Shown here: positions 37,034-48,800 of the stretch, one piece after another
Layout of the letters: each line of letters opens with the position of its first letter
Numbering within the stretch: the stretch's first letter is position 1
NCBI GenBank assembly: GCA_964601935.1
Contig: CAZROP010000001.1
Coordinates: forward strand, 275,661-339,660
DNA length: 64,000 nt
Source of the DNA: an uncultured Candidatus Saccharibacteria bacterium
Lineage (GTDB): Bacteria; Patescibacteriota; Minisyncoccia; Phycocordibacterales; UBA1006
Reading direction: 5' to 3'
The notes under the pieces: generated by a model
What the model saw: the letters and a program-made list of their open reading frames with translations, nothing else
What the model was told of the DNA's origin: nothing
The model's database searches: none
Translations under genes and position numbers: made by a program

Positions 37034-37474
37034 ATGACTACAGAAGACATTATTATACCAACATTATTTGGAGCTCAGGCCACCATAGTTCGCGGCATAG
37101 CTGAGACTGTAAAAAAATCTGTAGCAGAACGTGATACTCGACCGTATGCTCTAACAGATGCGCTCTTTGCTGGCGACAAACGCACGCTATGGATTCAGTA
37201 CCGTACATTAATCCGGGATGGATATACGCCTGATGAGCTAGCAATTACTCTCTGGTGGGGGATCAAATCCATTTTGCAGGTGTATAGCGCAGATTCGTCA
37301 GTTTCTCCCTATGTAACAAAGAAGATTAGTGTATTGCAAAAAAAAATGAATCAAGCAGGCGCGGTAACCATGGCATTGGCGTTTTTGGAATCGATCACGA
37401 GTGCCCGTACGACAACTGGCGGGATCGGGGCTGAATCCTATATAGAGCGGTGGATATTGGAATTATCTTTGTAG
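37034..37474 (+). CDS. hypothetical protein, possibly DNA polymerase III delta (HolA) C-terminal-like
   Basis: YALTDALF.GD...W, SPYVTKK, IERWIL pattern; directly downstream of polA. Confidence 0.5.
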   Translation: MTTEDIIIPTLFGAQATIVRGIAETVKKSVAERDTRPYALTDALFAGDKRTLWIQYRTLIRDGYTPDELAITLWWGIKSILQVYSADSSVSPYVTKKISVLQKKMNQAGAVTMALAFLESITSARTTTGGIGAESYIERWILELSL

Positions 37475-37501
37475 AGTAGGGTGGTATACTGAATCAGTAT
37501 T

Positions 37502-38452
37502 ATGGATACTGATTATTTGCCGTCTACGGGCTTTGTGCGCATAGTGTTCGGTGTTCTCGTTGCTGGGATACTATTTTATGTAATATATTCAGGAGCTCCA
37601 GAAATACGTGCGGTCATATCAGGCTTTTTTCAGCAAGGTAGTGCGGGCTCAGCAGAAAAGAACGAAGATGCATACAGCGATTACCGTACTTTGGATACTG
37701 ATAAAGATGGATTATTTGACTGGGAAGAGTCGCTTTTTGGCACCGATCACACACTAGCTGACACTGATTCAGACGGCACAACAGATTTTGAGGAGTATCA
37801 TGCAGTTTCTGTCGCTCTAGCAAACGACTCGCTGGCTGGTACGATCCCTCTGGGGCAACAAATTGGGGGTGTGTTAGCAGTAGATGCTTTTGACCCGAAC
37901 AATCTCACTGATTCGTTGGCGCGTGATTTATATACGTCTCTTTCAATTGCAAAACAACAATCAGGAGGAGTACTGAAAGAATCAGACACAGAACAACTGG
38001 CAACTATTGCAGCAAAAACAACTCAAGGTTTTTCTATTCGTCAGTATGAGGATGTGGATTTCAAGACTGTTCCAGACTCGTCGCTCGCACGAACAAACTT
38101 CGTAAATGATTTTGCAAAAATCCAACAGCAATCACCTCTGCGTCCAGATGATTTACGCAGGGTGTTACTGGCTATAGAAAATGACTCATCAATTCCTGCC
38201 GATATCATTGAACGTTCAGCGCAGTATAACAAGTTTGTGACGCAGCATTTGTCTGTTCTTATCCCTACTACCAAGCTGCCTGCTTACAAAAACTACGTGA
38301 ATGCCTTGAATCGCTATCTAGAAATGGTTCGTCTGATAGCGTTGAATGATATTGATCCAGCACGTTCGATTGGCGCTATACAGTCCATGGAGAATGTAGT
38401 TCAAAATCTGGATAGGTATATTCAGCAGTTTGCTTTGTCATTTAAATCGTAA
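37502..38452 (+). CDS. membrane-anchored protein with thrombospondin type-3-like Ca-binding repeat
   Basis: N-terminal TM; DTDKDGLFDWEE..GTD...ADTDSDGTTDFEE. Confidence 0.8.
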   Translation: MDTDYLPSTGFVRIVFGVLVAGILFYVIYSGAPEIRAVISGFFQQGSAGSAEKNEDAYSDYRTLDTDKDGLFDWEESLFGTDHTLADTDSDGTTDFEEYHAVSVALANDSLAGTIPLGQQIGGVLAVDAFDPNNLTDSLARDLYTSLSIAKQQSGGVLKESDTEQLATIAAKTTQGFSIRQYEDVDFKTVPDSSLARTNFVNDFAKIQQQSPLRPDDLRRVLLAIENDSSIPADIIERSAQYNKFVTQHLSVLIPTTKLPAYKNYVNALNRYLEMVRLIALNDIDPARSIGAIQSMENVVQNLDRYIQQFALSFKS

Positions 38453-38453
38453 T

Positions 38454-41400
38454 ATGAAAAAACTTCTTACAATCATTTTAATTACAGTTCTGGGCGCAGG
38501 GAATGTATCGCTCGTTTATGCACAGCCACCTGGATTGCCTACAATCGATATCCCGAACCTTATACAGAATGCATTTAGTGCTACTCAGGATGCCAAAGGG
38601 GTCCTCAAGGAGTTCAAGTTGGATAAAATACCACTTAAAATTGCAAAAAAGCTCTTAGATAAAATGACAGACTCAGTGGTTGTATGGGCTGCAGGCGGAT
38701 TCAAGAAAGAAGGACCAGCATTTATTAGTAATTTTGATGAATATGCAGAAGGGCTCGCAATACAAACAGGGACACTGCTCATAGATGAAATTGTAAAGGA
38801 GGGAGAAGAGTACGCTAGCAAGTCTTTGACTACGGCAGAGCAGCAGGAGCTCAAAAAGTGTAATGATGTCAAAAAAGAATATGATCAGTATTATAGTCTG
38901 CTCGAAATAGCGCTCTTTGACGAAGGTATTGCTGTGGGTGGTGGAAGATTTCTGAGTCTGAAAAGTGAAGGGGGTGTAGCAGAATTTAATACATTCTTGA
39001 ATAGTTTGGGGTATCCATCCTACGTATTAGGAAATGGTCAGTACAACAAAAAGGCATTAAAAACATTTTTAGAAGAATACATAATGTCTGATCCTGTTCG
39101 TTTGCGCGCAACAGGGCTGACTGTAGGATTCGAGCGCATGCAGGAACTAATACGAAAACTTGATGTGTGTCAAAAGACATTGTTTATAAAGGTCACAGGC
39201 TTAACCTATACCAATGATTTGGTAAAATTTATTGGTGAGACATATCGGAATGGTAGAAGAGGCTCTGCTAGTCGTATAGGTTTGCCTAATTTCGAAAATT
39301 TTGGTTCCGAATACATCAAGGCGTTATCAAGTAATTGGAAGTCATTCAAGACTGACGCATCGGCAGGGGGTTGGGCTGCTTGGGGAGAATCAGCAAAGTT
39401 GGAAAATACTCCGTGGGGTGCAAAATATTTAGCTCAAGCAGAGTTATCAAATACACTGGCACAGGAGTTGGGGCAGAAGTCAGCACAGCTCCAGCGGAGC
39501 GGTGGTTTCTTGGATAAGGGAGAGTGTGCAGAATATCGTGAAGTGGAATCATCAGCAGGAAATGAACGTATATGTGTAGATTATCAGGCAAATACTCCTG
39601 GTACCGTGATACGTGAAGCTGTTAATAAGCGTATCTTGCAACAATATGACCAATTGAATAATGCTGATGACTGGACTGATCTGCTCCTTACTACGAGCGT
39701 AAAACTGGTCGATGGAATTTTGCGAGAAGGAGTACTGCCTCTGGCTAATAACGCTATCGACAAGGGTTTGGCATGTCTCGCAGGATCCTGTGATGAAGAT
39801 ATTTATGGAAAGACTAATGTTGCCAGTAGTCAGACTATAACCAATAGCGGAGGGGCTACTATAGCAGCTGACGATGTAGTCGATATAAAAAATGTGTTAT
39901 ATGGACCGTTGGTTTTGGAAAAAGATGCAAATGATAATATTATTTATGAACGCCGTGATCCGAATGGGTATCGCGTCAGGGAAAAACGTAATGCAGATCG
40001 TCAATTGGTAGAATATGTTGCCTATAATGAACAAGCGGTACCTCAGTACCGTATCCGAGAACAGACACGTCGCGTGAATGGTGTCGATACTCTGTATTAC
40101 ACAGCAATACCATTTTCTGGTAGACCGCAGCCTTTTGGTGAGCTGGCATCATTAGAGCCTACTATTACTATTGATTATTCACGACCACAGTATGCGTTTC
40201 AACATGAATTAGATGCAAGTGGTAGTCCACGATATACAGTACTGTACGAAACACATCCGTTGACTGGAGCGCTCGTTCAGGATTATAAATATAAAAAGAA
40301 ATTAGATGCGAGCGGTAACGAAACTGATCTGTACGAATACGACTCATCAGGCAATCGCATTATATTGCGTGATGCAAATGGGAATGCGGTGCTGGATCCA
40401 AATAGTAAGATACCAAAGTATAAACGAGAAAATGGCTCTATTGAATTAGCAGCAACTCTACAGCAGACAATTAGTGCTCAGCACAAGTTTGTAGGAACGT
40501 TGGGTGTTCGTCGTTTGATGGCTCTGGACCAGGGATTACCAGGACCTGATCTGGGATGGGATGGTCGTTTGGATGACAAGGTTAACTCAGCAATCGATGC
40601 GGAAACCAATCCGCGCAAGAAGAGTGCTCTTCGGGAAATATATGATACGGTTAAGCGCACGTTCGAAGCGGGTATTACCGGTAGTACAGTAGATGATACC
40701 GCGTCGGACGTTGTATTAGTGCGTGGCGGAGCTGTGTATACTAATCCACAGTACACATTTTTGGATTTCAAATATCCTGTGACAGGTCCAGGAACAATTC
40801 CAATTGGCCCAACCGGCGCACCTTTGCCACAGACAGGTGTTACTGCGCAGAATTATCAAGCATTACTTAATAAAACATTTCCTAAAAAAATGATTTTGAC
40901 ACGCGCAGATGATAGATCTGTCGCAGAGTACGACGTCGTATCTATGAATACCTATGCGGGTCTATGGTTTAATCCAACTACAAAACAGGTCGAAGCAGTA
41001 GGTAATATTCCAGAAGCACAGAGTATTCGTGAACTTACATTGGCGGTAGAGAGCCAATTCACCGATGTTATTGATACGTATCGTCGTCGTGGAACGACAT
41101 TGCGTACTGTACAGTCAAAACTGAAACAGTTGCAGGTACAGTACGAGTCGCTGCCGTACATTAGCCCTGCTTCAACATTGGAACAACGTGCAGAACGTAC
41201 GAAAAAAGAAAATCAGATAGCATATGAAATTAGCCTAATTCGCGGTGAATTGCCTATTTATGACGATGTGGTAGAGGAGAAAAGCAAGCTCAAGAGTCTT
41301 CTCGTTAATTATGATTTGATGGGGGAGATGCTGATGGGTACTACAGAATATCGTAGTCAGGATGGGTATGCAGTACGGTTCGGGGACTTGCAGCAGTACC

Positions 41401-41981
41401 GAGGCACTGATGTTGCATCCAATGATGTACACAGAGGGTTGTCGAGATATCATGAAGATGCAGCACTCGCAAAACGTTACGAACAACTCTACCTAAAGGA
41501 TAAAATGGGTCTTCTGTACTGTGGTTTCCAAGATCATAGCAAAATTAATACGCTATCCAGTGATATTCGCCAGTCAATTATAAGTGAAATTGTTCAGCAA
41601 GAACGACAATCTGGTCTACGCTCGCTACTATTGCTGAGTCCACTCGCTCTGGGTGTTAATGCAATATTCGGCAATAATCAGACGACTTATGATGTGTTCG
41701 GAGGGTTTGCATCTGTAGGAATAGGTAATGAGGAATATCGAAGTTCTTCTATGCGTCGCGAAACCTATGAGTATACTGTTCCGTATCGCTGCTATGAAAC
41801 AAGCGTAATATGTAACAATGGTGATGATGAGGCGCCTTGCGGTTCGTATCAATGCCCTATTATTGGTCATAACACGCCAGGAGAATCATTCTTAATGGCA
41901 TCTATCAAGGCGTCCTGCGCAGGTATCTATAGGTCGTCTATTGGAGATTATCTAGATCTGATAGACCCAGATTCACGATAA
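38454..41981 (+). CDS. large secreted protein of the T4SS-like cluster
   Basis: Signal peptide MKKLLTII...VYA; WAAGGF...PAFI, GGW.AW, GGFL...C...C....TPG motifs. Confidence 0.8.
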   Translation: MKKLLTIILITVLGAGNVSLVYAQPPGLPTIDIPNLIQNAFSATQDAKGVLKEFKLDKIPLKIAKKLLDKMTDSVVVWAAGGFKKEGPAFISNFDEYAEGLAIQTGTLLIDEIVKEGEEYASKSLTTAEQQELKKCNDVKKEYDQYYSLLEIALFDEGIAVGGGRFLSLKSEGGVAEFNTFLNSLGYPSYVLGNGQYNKKALKTFLEEYIMSDPVRLRATGLTVGFERMQELIRKLDVCQKTLFIKVTGLTYTNDLVKFIGETYRNGRRGSASRIGLPNFENFGSEYIKALSSNWKSFKTDASAGGWAAWGESAKLENTPWGAKYLAQAELSNTLAQELGQKSAQLQRSGGFLDKGECAEYREVESSAGNERICVDYQANTPGTVIREAVNKRILQQYDQLNNADDWTDLLLTTSVKLVDGILREGVLPLANNAIDKGLACLAGSCDEDIYGKTNVASSQTITNSGGATIAADDVVDIKNVLYGPLVLEKDANDNIIYERRDPNGYRVREKRNADRQLVEYVAYNEQAVPQYRIREQTRRVNGVDTLYYTAIPFSGRPQPFGELASLEPTITIDYSRPQYAFQHELDASGSPRYTVLYETHPLTGALVQDYKYKKKLDASGNETDLYEYDSSGNRIILRDANGNAVLDPNSKIPKYKRENGSIELAATLQQTISAQHKFVGTLGVRRLMALDQGLPGPDLGWDGRLDDKVNSAIDAETNPRKKSALREIYDTVKRTFEAGITGSTVDDTASDVVLVRGGAVYTNPQYTFLDFKYPVTGPGTIPIGPTGAPLPQTGVTAQNYQALLNKTFPKKMILTRADDRSVAEYDVVSMNTYAGLWFNPTTKQVEAVGNIPEAQSIRELTLAVESQFTDVIDTYRRRGTTLRTVQSKLKQLQVQYESLPYISPASTLEQRAERTKKENQIAYEISLIRGELPIYDDVVEEKSKLKSLLVNYDLMGEMLMGTTEYRSQDGYAVRFGDLQQYRGTDVASNDVHRGLSRYHEDAALAKRYEQLYLKDKMGLLYCGFQDHSKINTLSSDIRQSIISEIVQQERQSGLRSLLLLSPLALGVNAIFGNNQTTYDVFGGFASVGIGNEEYRSSSMRRETYEYTVPYRCYETSVICNNGDDEAPCGSYQCPIIGHNTPGESFLMASIKASCAGIYRSSIGDYLDLIDPDSR

Positions 41982-42071
41982 TAGATAGTATCTCGGAGGA
42001 TGTTAGTACTCAGTTTCTACTGTGCATTACGTGCAGAATTCTAGATGCTCTCCATGATACACTGATAGAGC

Positions 42072-45000
42072 ATGAAGCGCTTGTTAGTTAGTATTGCATT
42101 GGTATGTGCTCTAGTCGTAGGCGGAGTTGTTTTGGATATACCTAATATTGCTGATACTCCTAATGTATATGCACAGGGCATAGCCGAAGGGGCGAGTTTG
42201 CAGGTGGGCACTCAGAGTTTGACTCCTTATGGAGCGTGTAGTACAGGCCTGACAGGTTTGGGGGATTTGGGTTGTCAGATAGGTATATTCTTTGTATATG
42301 GTGTATGGTTTCGTTTGACCAACGCTTTGGCTACGCTGGCTGCATATCTAGCAGATTATGCTTTGTGGCTATCGGTACAGAGTAATTTCTACCGTTTCGG
42401 AGATCTTATGATACGTGGGTGGGAAATTGTTCGAAACTTTGTAAATATTGGATTTATCGTCGCATTATTGTATGCAGGTGTTCAATTAATTTTAGGAAAG
42501 AGTAATGGATCTCGTATTCTTGTTCGTATTATTCTCTGCGCTCTGTTGGTGAATTTTAGTTTATTCGGAGCACGTCTGATAATTGACTTTGGGAATATTA
42601 CAGCCCGAGCTATCTATACTCAGATTAAATACAGTAGTACACCGGGTACGGAAGGCATATCCACGTTACCAGGTCAGGTACGCATATCCGAGGCCATACT
42701 CAGTACCTCTAATCCGCAGGCGGTATTGTTTAGTGATATTGGTGATCAAGCAGATTCTGACTTTATTTGGAAAATGTTCACCATGTTTTTCCTGATGGGA
42801 ATTGTAAATATCATGTTGATATTTGTATTTTTATCAATGGCTATATTATTCCTAACCAGAACAATATCCTTGGTGGTACTGGCTATATTGGTACCTATAC
42901 CTATTGTGGTTGATCTAATACCTGTTGCAAAATCCGCTGTGCAGAAAATGAAAGGTGCAGGGTCAGTATTTTCGCTAGAAAACTGGTTCACAGAATACTG
43001 GAAATTGTCTGCGATGGCGCCTGTTTATGTATTTTTTCTCTACCTGATTGTTATAGTGCAGTCAGGATATTCCAAAATCCAATCGCTGCAGCCGACAGGT
43101 ATAGGGTTCATAGGTTCTGTATTTACTGCAATGCTACCTATTATCATTACATTCTTTCTCATAAAGTTTGCATCAAAAATAACAAAGGACTTTTCAGGAA
43201 CATTTGGTGCATTGGTGACCAGTGGACTCAACACTGTTATAGGAATGGTGGGCGGCGGAGCGCTAGGTCTAGCAGCACGAGGTACTCGTATTGCGGGAGG
43301 ACGGCTGGGTCGTGGATTACAGCGTGCTGGTGCACTGACAACAGAAGAGCGTGAATCACGTATCGCAGCAGCAGAAGCAAAGAGCGGCAAAAACAGCCTG
43401 CGTGCACGCCTGGCGCGTAACAGATATAGTGACAAAAATTCTGCGCGCTTGTCGAATGTTGGTAGTTATATGGCTAACACAGCAACCTATGATCCTCGAC
43501 AGATCAAAAATACTGGAACATTTAAAAAGTTTGCAGGTACAAGTGTGGGCAAGAAATTTCTTAACGAAACAGGCCAGCAAGTGGTGTCAGATATAAAATG
43601 GGGTAAGCCCATAGAAAAGTCTTATAATGTAAAGGATAAAGAGCGTAGCCATAAAGAAGAACAGCGTGCTGCACAGTATACAAAAGATATTCAAAAATCG
43701 ATGGATGATGTTACAGGATATCGTAATGCACAGATTGCCCGAACAGCCGCTGACTCTGCTGTAGGGCAGCAACGAGCAGCAGAGGTACGTGTAGATGCTG
43801 CGCTTATGGACGATCCAGCAGCATTGGTACATCAAGCACAAAAAGTAGTAAATAGCCTGCCGCCGAATGCAACACCAGAACAGCGACAGGCTGCAGAGCG
43901 TGATTTGCGCATTGCTCAGATTGAATATAGAACGAATGCACGACAGTATAGTCAAGCTGATATTGCCCAGGCGGAAGGTGAGGCAAAACGTATCAAGGAT
44001 GAGCTCAAAAGTGCAACTGCAGATTACGATACTGCAAAGGCATCGGGTGATAAGGAATTGATGCGCACCCGTTACCAGGCTATGGAGGCTGTAAAGCAGC
44101 GTTTGGCTGCAGCAGAGCGCACAGTTGAAGAGACAAAGTTTAATAAAGAAAACTATTCTCACCTCAGCATTACCGATATGGAAGGTAGTGTTGCTATGCT
44201 GGAGGCAAATATTCGAAATGGTAAAGAGGCATTGAGAGTAGAAAAAGAAGCGCTAGAGAGAGAGGAAAAGAAACAAAAGGAAACACAAGGCGTATTGTCA
44301 AAAGAGCGAGCCGCACTCGAAAAAAGAAAGACTGACCTAGAGAAATTACGAGCTGCTCAGGTGAAGTTTATGGAGGATAAGCGTGCAGCAGGTACGGTTA
44401 CCCAAGAACAGGAGGATTTACATACTAGAAGGATGGATGCATTTGCCTTGACTGAAGATGGTATCAATAGAGATGATACTAACCTAAAGACTCAAGAACA
44501 GAAACTCACTCTGGATGCTGCCAACACCAAGAGCAAGCAAGATGCCGCGAAAGCAAGGGAAAAACAATTTGAAGATGACAAAAAGAAAGCAGACGCTCTC
44601 AAGAAGTCTGTTGAGGCACGCCAAAAGAAAAAAGCCGAACTAGAAAAATCAGTTGAAGAAAAAACATACTTATATGATGATAGTGAGGCTCTGCAGCATG
44701 CAAAGGCTTTGGAAGAGTTAAAGCAAAAGTATAAAAAAGCATCTCCGGAAGGTAAGCAGCAGCTCTTACAAGAGTTAGGGTTCCATGCTGATTTAATTAC
44801 AAAGTTCAAAGAAGAAAACAAAGATAATCAGGTGGCACTGTTGTCGTTGGAAAAGGCATTAATTGGACAAGCATCACTGGACAAGGAAGTGATGCAACAG
44901 TACATAGCAGAGCAGTCTATTGAAAGAATGAAAAATGGCTATAGAAATATTGGGAAGAAAGTAGGCGCTGCGCTGGTCACGACGGGTGCGGTTGTCGCGG

Positions 45001-45227
45001 GGGCAGGAGTTGTGGCGACTGCCGGTGCTCCGTTGTTGGCCGTAGTCGCTGCGGGTGCAATTACTGGTGCTGCAGTGAATGCAGGTCGTACTAGTATCGC
45101 GGACAAAGCTGGTGAGGTGACTGGTAAGGCTGGGGCCGGCTTACAAAATGTTGTCGAAAAACTAGAGCGTGTTGCGTATGATGATTCATTGACCGAACGT
45201 TCAACAGAAAGAATGCGTAAAAAATAG
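42072..45227 (+). CDS. VirB6/TrbL-like polytopic membrane protein with long C-terminal coiled coil
   Basis: GWEIVRNFVNIGFI, ALLVNFSL..RLIID.GN, several TMs, Gly/Ala-rich stretch then coiled coil; near virB4. Confidence 0.75.
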   Translation: MKRLLVSIALVCALVVGGVVLDIPNIADTPNVYAQGIAEGASLQVGTQSLTPYGACSTGLTGLGDLGCQIGIFFVYGVWFRLTNALATLAAYLADYALWLSVQSNFYRFGDLMIRGWEIVRNFVNIGFIVALLYAGVQLILGKSNGSRILVRIILCALLVNFSLFGARLIIDFGNITARAIYTQIKYSSTPGTEGISTLPGQVRISEAILSTSNPQAVLFSDIGDQADSDFIWKMFTMFFLMGIVNIMLIFVFLSMAILFLTRTISLVVLAILVPIPIVVDLIPVAKSAVQKMKGAGSVFSLENWFTEYWKLSAMAPVYVFFLYLIVIVQSGYSKIQSLQPTGIGFIGSVFTAMLPIIITFFLIKFASKITKDFSGTFGALVTSGLNTVIGMVGGGALGLAARGTRIAGGRLGRGLQRAGALTTEERESRIAAAEAKSGKNSLRARLARNRYSDKNSARLSNVGSYMANTATYDPRQIKNTGTFKKFAGTSVGKKFLNETGQQVVSDIKWGKPIEKSYNVKDKERSHKEEQRAAQYTKDIQKSMDDVTGYRNAQIARTAADSAVGQQRAAEVRVDAALMDDPAALVHQAQKVVNSLPPNATPEQRQAAERDLRIAQIEYRTNARQYSQADIAQAEGEAKRIKDELKSATADYDTAKASGDKELMRTRYQAMEAVKQRLAAAERTVEETKFNKENYSHLSITDMEGSVAMLEANIRNGKEALRVEKEALEREEKKQKETQGVLSKERAALEKRKTDLEKLRAAQVKFMEDKRAAGTVTQEQEDLHTRRMDAFALTEDGINRDDTNLKTQEQKLTLDAANTKSKQDAAKAREKQFEDDKKKADALKKSVEARQKKKAELEKSVEEKTYLYDDSEALQHAKALEELKQKYKKASPEGKQQLLQELGFHADLITKFKEENKDNQVALLSLEKALIGQASLDKEVMQQYIAEQSIERMKNGYRNIGKKVGAALVTTGAVVAGAGVVATAGAPLLAVVAAGAITGAAVNAGRTSIADKAGEVTGKAGAGLQNVVEKLERVAYDDSLTERSTERMRKK

Positions 45228-45245
45228 TATTTTATAAGAAATTAT

Positions 45246-45716
45246 ATGATTCCATCCAAAGTTCAAGAATTTATAAACAGTAACAAACCGACACTGCCGG
45301 AGTATATTCAAGAAACCCTTGATTCATTTGACTGGCTGTCGATTTGTTCCGAGATCGCTGCAAAATATCGTTGTACCGAACGTCAAGAGGAAGCATTCAT
45401 GATGGAGGTAGTCATGCTTGTTTACGAACTGTCAGAGGCGGAGCTGTTCAAGATCAATATTATGAATCACATAGGTGTGTCTGAGATGATCGCGCATAAC
45501 ATGATTATTGATGTTCAAACTCGTATCATTAGTAGGCTACAAACAGAACTAGAGCGTATAGTGGGTGACGCGCCCGAGGTTCTGGCGCAACAATTACGAA
45601 ATAACGGTAATGAATTACAACAAGTAGAAATTCATCCCTTCGTGAACCCATTGGAAAGTACTACTATAGTAGAAACAACTCCTAACCATGACCCGTATCA
45701 CGAACCTATTGATTAA
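45246..45716 (+). CDS. conserved-looking hypothetical protein
   Basis: LPEYIQE...W...I..KY; C-terminal DPYHEPID. Confidence 0.75.
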   Translation: MIPSKVQEFINSNKPTLPEYIQETLDSFDWLSICSEIAAKYRCTERQEEAFMMEVVMLVYELSEAELFKINIMNHIGVSEMIAHNMIIDVQTRIISRLQTELERIVGDAPEVLAQQLRNNGNELQQVEIHPFVNPLESTTIVETTPNHDPYHEPID

Positions 45717-45874
45717 ATATCATTGATAATGCTTGATCTGAATCCGACTTGTTCTTGAAAAATCACAGGTACTTAACTGTACCAAGCCCCTCTTCTCGAA
45801 AAATATACAATTTTTGTAGTACTTGTTATTTTTCTTGCGAAAGGGTTTTTCTTTTGAACGAGCTGGGTTCAGTT

Positions 45875-48800
45875 CTAGTTTCGCCTAAACATATTTCCAA
45901 ATTTTTGAGTCAACGCACTCCAGCTATTTTCGAGTTTTTCGTATAATGGCTCGCTAATAAGTTTTCGGTAAAGTGCTACACGCATGATGGTAGGCAAGCG
46001 TTCAGGGTTTAGAGGGTCTGTCTCTACTAATTCAGTGACAGTTTTGTTGCGTAATTGTTGGGTATCGATTGTGTCGAGCAGTACTACGCGGAGGCGCTGT
46101 GTATCCGATTCTGCTGTATAGAGAGGGTTAAAATCAATCAGTATATTGTATGCCTGCTGTATCGATGTGGCTGATTGCGGCATAGCAGGCAGGGCAAAAG
46201 GTGCATCTGGCATAGGATTTAACAAAAACCGATTACCCAAATAATGGGGTGCCTGCGGTTCTCCCAGGACATCTGTAATTTGTACCACCAAATCACCATA
46301 CGTGGGTTTCTCTCTTCTGACTAGTAGTCCTGAAGCCTGGCGTGGTTCTGCTGAAGTAGGCAGCAAGAAATCCATGAACTTTTCACTCGCCGAGAGAATT
46401 TTGTCCAGAAGGGTTTGGATAGTAATGGTGCTGATTTCTTTTAAGTTAAAAACTTTGATTTTTTCGCGGAGGATCTCTATTGATGGACTGGTAGTTTGTT
46501 TGATTTCCAGTATATCGCCGAGGTTTGCCTCCAACTCGTATCCACTTACTTGTAACTCATGTACGATATCCTGCAATGTGTTGTTGCATATTTGTGCCTG
46601 ATAATAGAGAGTGGGATATGTAGTTCGGTAGAGGTTCTCTAATTTTGTAAACTTTTCTGTAATCTTTACTGATTTACTTGCGATGTGACGCTCTAGAGCT
46701 GTTTGTGTCGCTTCCACTCGTCCTAGTTCGAAGTCGGTGATTTCATTAGGATGCTTTCTAGAGTGATCTTCTCGCAAGACCATATTAATCTGTGCAAGAT
46801 CCTCGTCAGACAATCTTGACTTCATATCTGTCGGTATCCAGGGCGGTATTCGGTTGTCTCGTTCAAACACTGTAGCGAATGGTGGTTGTTTTGCGGTATC
46901 ACTGATAAATCGCACAATTGCCCTGCGTGTAATTTCGCCATAGTTAATAACTCGATCATTGCCCACAGCCACTACTACCGAGTGATCGTCTTCCGCTTTT
47001 GCATCAGGTCCTTTCTGCATGATAGAGAACTTAGTCTTGGTGGATTTATTCGCTGCGTAATACGCTTCGTTTACAATAGTTCGAAGCCTTTCTGCTTTTT
47101 CGTGATCATTCGCATGTTTTTCCTGGTAGCAGCTATTCATTGCATCATAAATCGCGCCACACTGGTCACGCAGGTTTTGTTGGTACGCTTTGTCTGCTGG
47201 GTGTGGGGTTGCAAAAATATCACAATAGTTTTCAAGGAACGTTGTTTCATACTCTGATCGCTTTTTCTCCAAGTAGGCGATAGCCAGAGTATAGAATCCT
47301 CGTAGGTCTTTGTCGCTATCCTGTTTGTTGAGAGTCAGTAAAGGGCAATCATTGGTAGTATTTTTCGGTACTGCTTTTTTGATTTCATCACTGAGTAGTT
47401 TTTTCAAGTTTGTCAGTACCGCATCTACTCCTGCAGATCCGACGTAGGTATTCAGTTCTGTTTTAGGTACCTGGCGATAATTCGGGGTTGCCAGCATAGG
47501 GTTAGTGAGCGTGTGCTGAACCCATTGTAGAGTCGATGCAATCTCTCCTAGAGGGCTAGGTGCTCCGTCGATGAGTGTAATTACTTCATCAATAGCCATC
47601 GGGTCGTTCAGTAAGGCTTTTAGTCGTTCTGTATTCAGTGTAGAGTCGAGAACTTCAGTATAAACCAGTTTTCTGTCTGATGTTATGCGTGGTTCATGAT
47701 TATTAGGTATAGGCAATAGCTTTGCGTACTTCTGCAATTCTTTGATGCGGACTTCCAGTGCAAAAACAGCTCGTTGAGCCGCTTTCCAGTTATCTGTGAT
47801 TTCAGGCAATGATCGGTTTACGGGTGTTGCTTCGATGCTGGTAAGCACTAGGCGGTATGCAGAGCTTGCCGTTAGTTCTTTTTCCTCACACTCACGCTGG
47901 AGCTCTTCAAGAAGTATATGTAGTTGTAGCGGATTGCCTTTTTTCCAGCAATCTTCAAAGTTTTTCTCCATCTCTCGTTTTGCTGCAGACTCTAGAACGG
48001 CCTTAGATTGGGTATTGCCTTCCGCATCTCTCCATGTATCTTTCACAGCTTCTCCGTTATGACTAGTTTTGAGATCGTTGGGGTTAGTATTACGTATATA
48101 GTTGCGATACTCCTCGATAATGGGGGAGTACAATGTAGATTCGTGATATATGCGCAATTGTTTCTGTAATGCCTGTATATCTACACTGGCGTCATGGTCA
48201 AAGTCATTAACGAGTACATCGTTACGCATAGTTTGTGCTAGTTCCGAGTGAAGAGTAATAAAGTGGTTCTCTGCACGACTAATATCCTCCACGTTCTCTG
48301 ACAAGAATGCAGAAAACTCTGGAGTAAAAATTAACTTCCTAGTATTAAATCCTTTTTCAAACTTGTCACGGGCTGATTTCTGTTTTTTCTTAACCGCGTC
48401 AGCATTCAGCCCCTTGAGATTGGGTACTGAGCTTGGATCTGTAAAGTATTCATATTGACTCTTCTCGGTCAATAATTCTTGCACTCGATCTATAGGTTCG
48501 TCTATACGCATTTTATCTTCGAATACCTCCACCTTTTTTCTCAGAATCTCTAGTCGTTTTTGTTTTATATACTCCGAAATTCGGGCTTCTCTCAGTTTTT
48601 CTAATTCTGACACTATGTCTTCGTTTGGATCAATGCTCTCCAGGAGGATAGCAATCTCTATTTCCAAGGCGTCACGCTCCTCGTCGGTGAGCGTACAATG
48701 TTCGTCGTAGGTACTGTGAAAGCGCACTATTCCATCATTTCTAGTAAATACAGTGGTGTAGGGAGGTTGGTTACTTTTCTGGTTTTCAGTTCTTGCGAGC

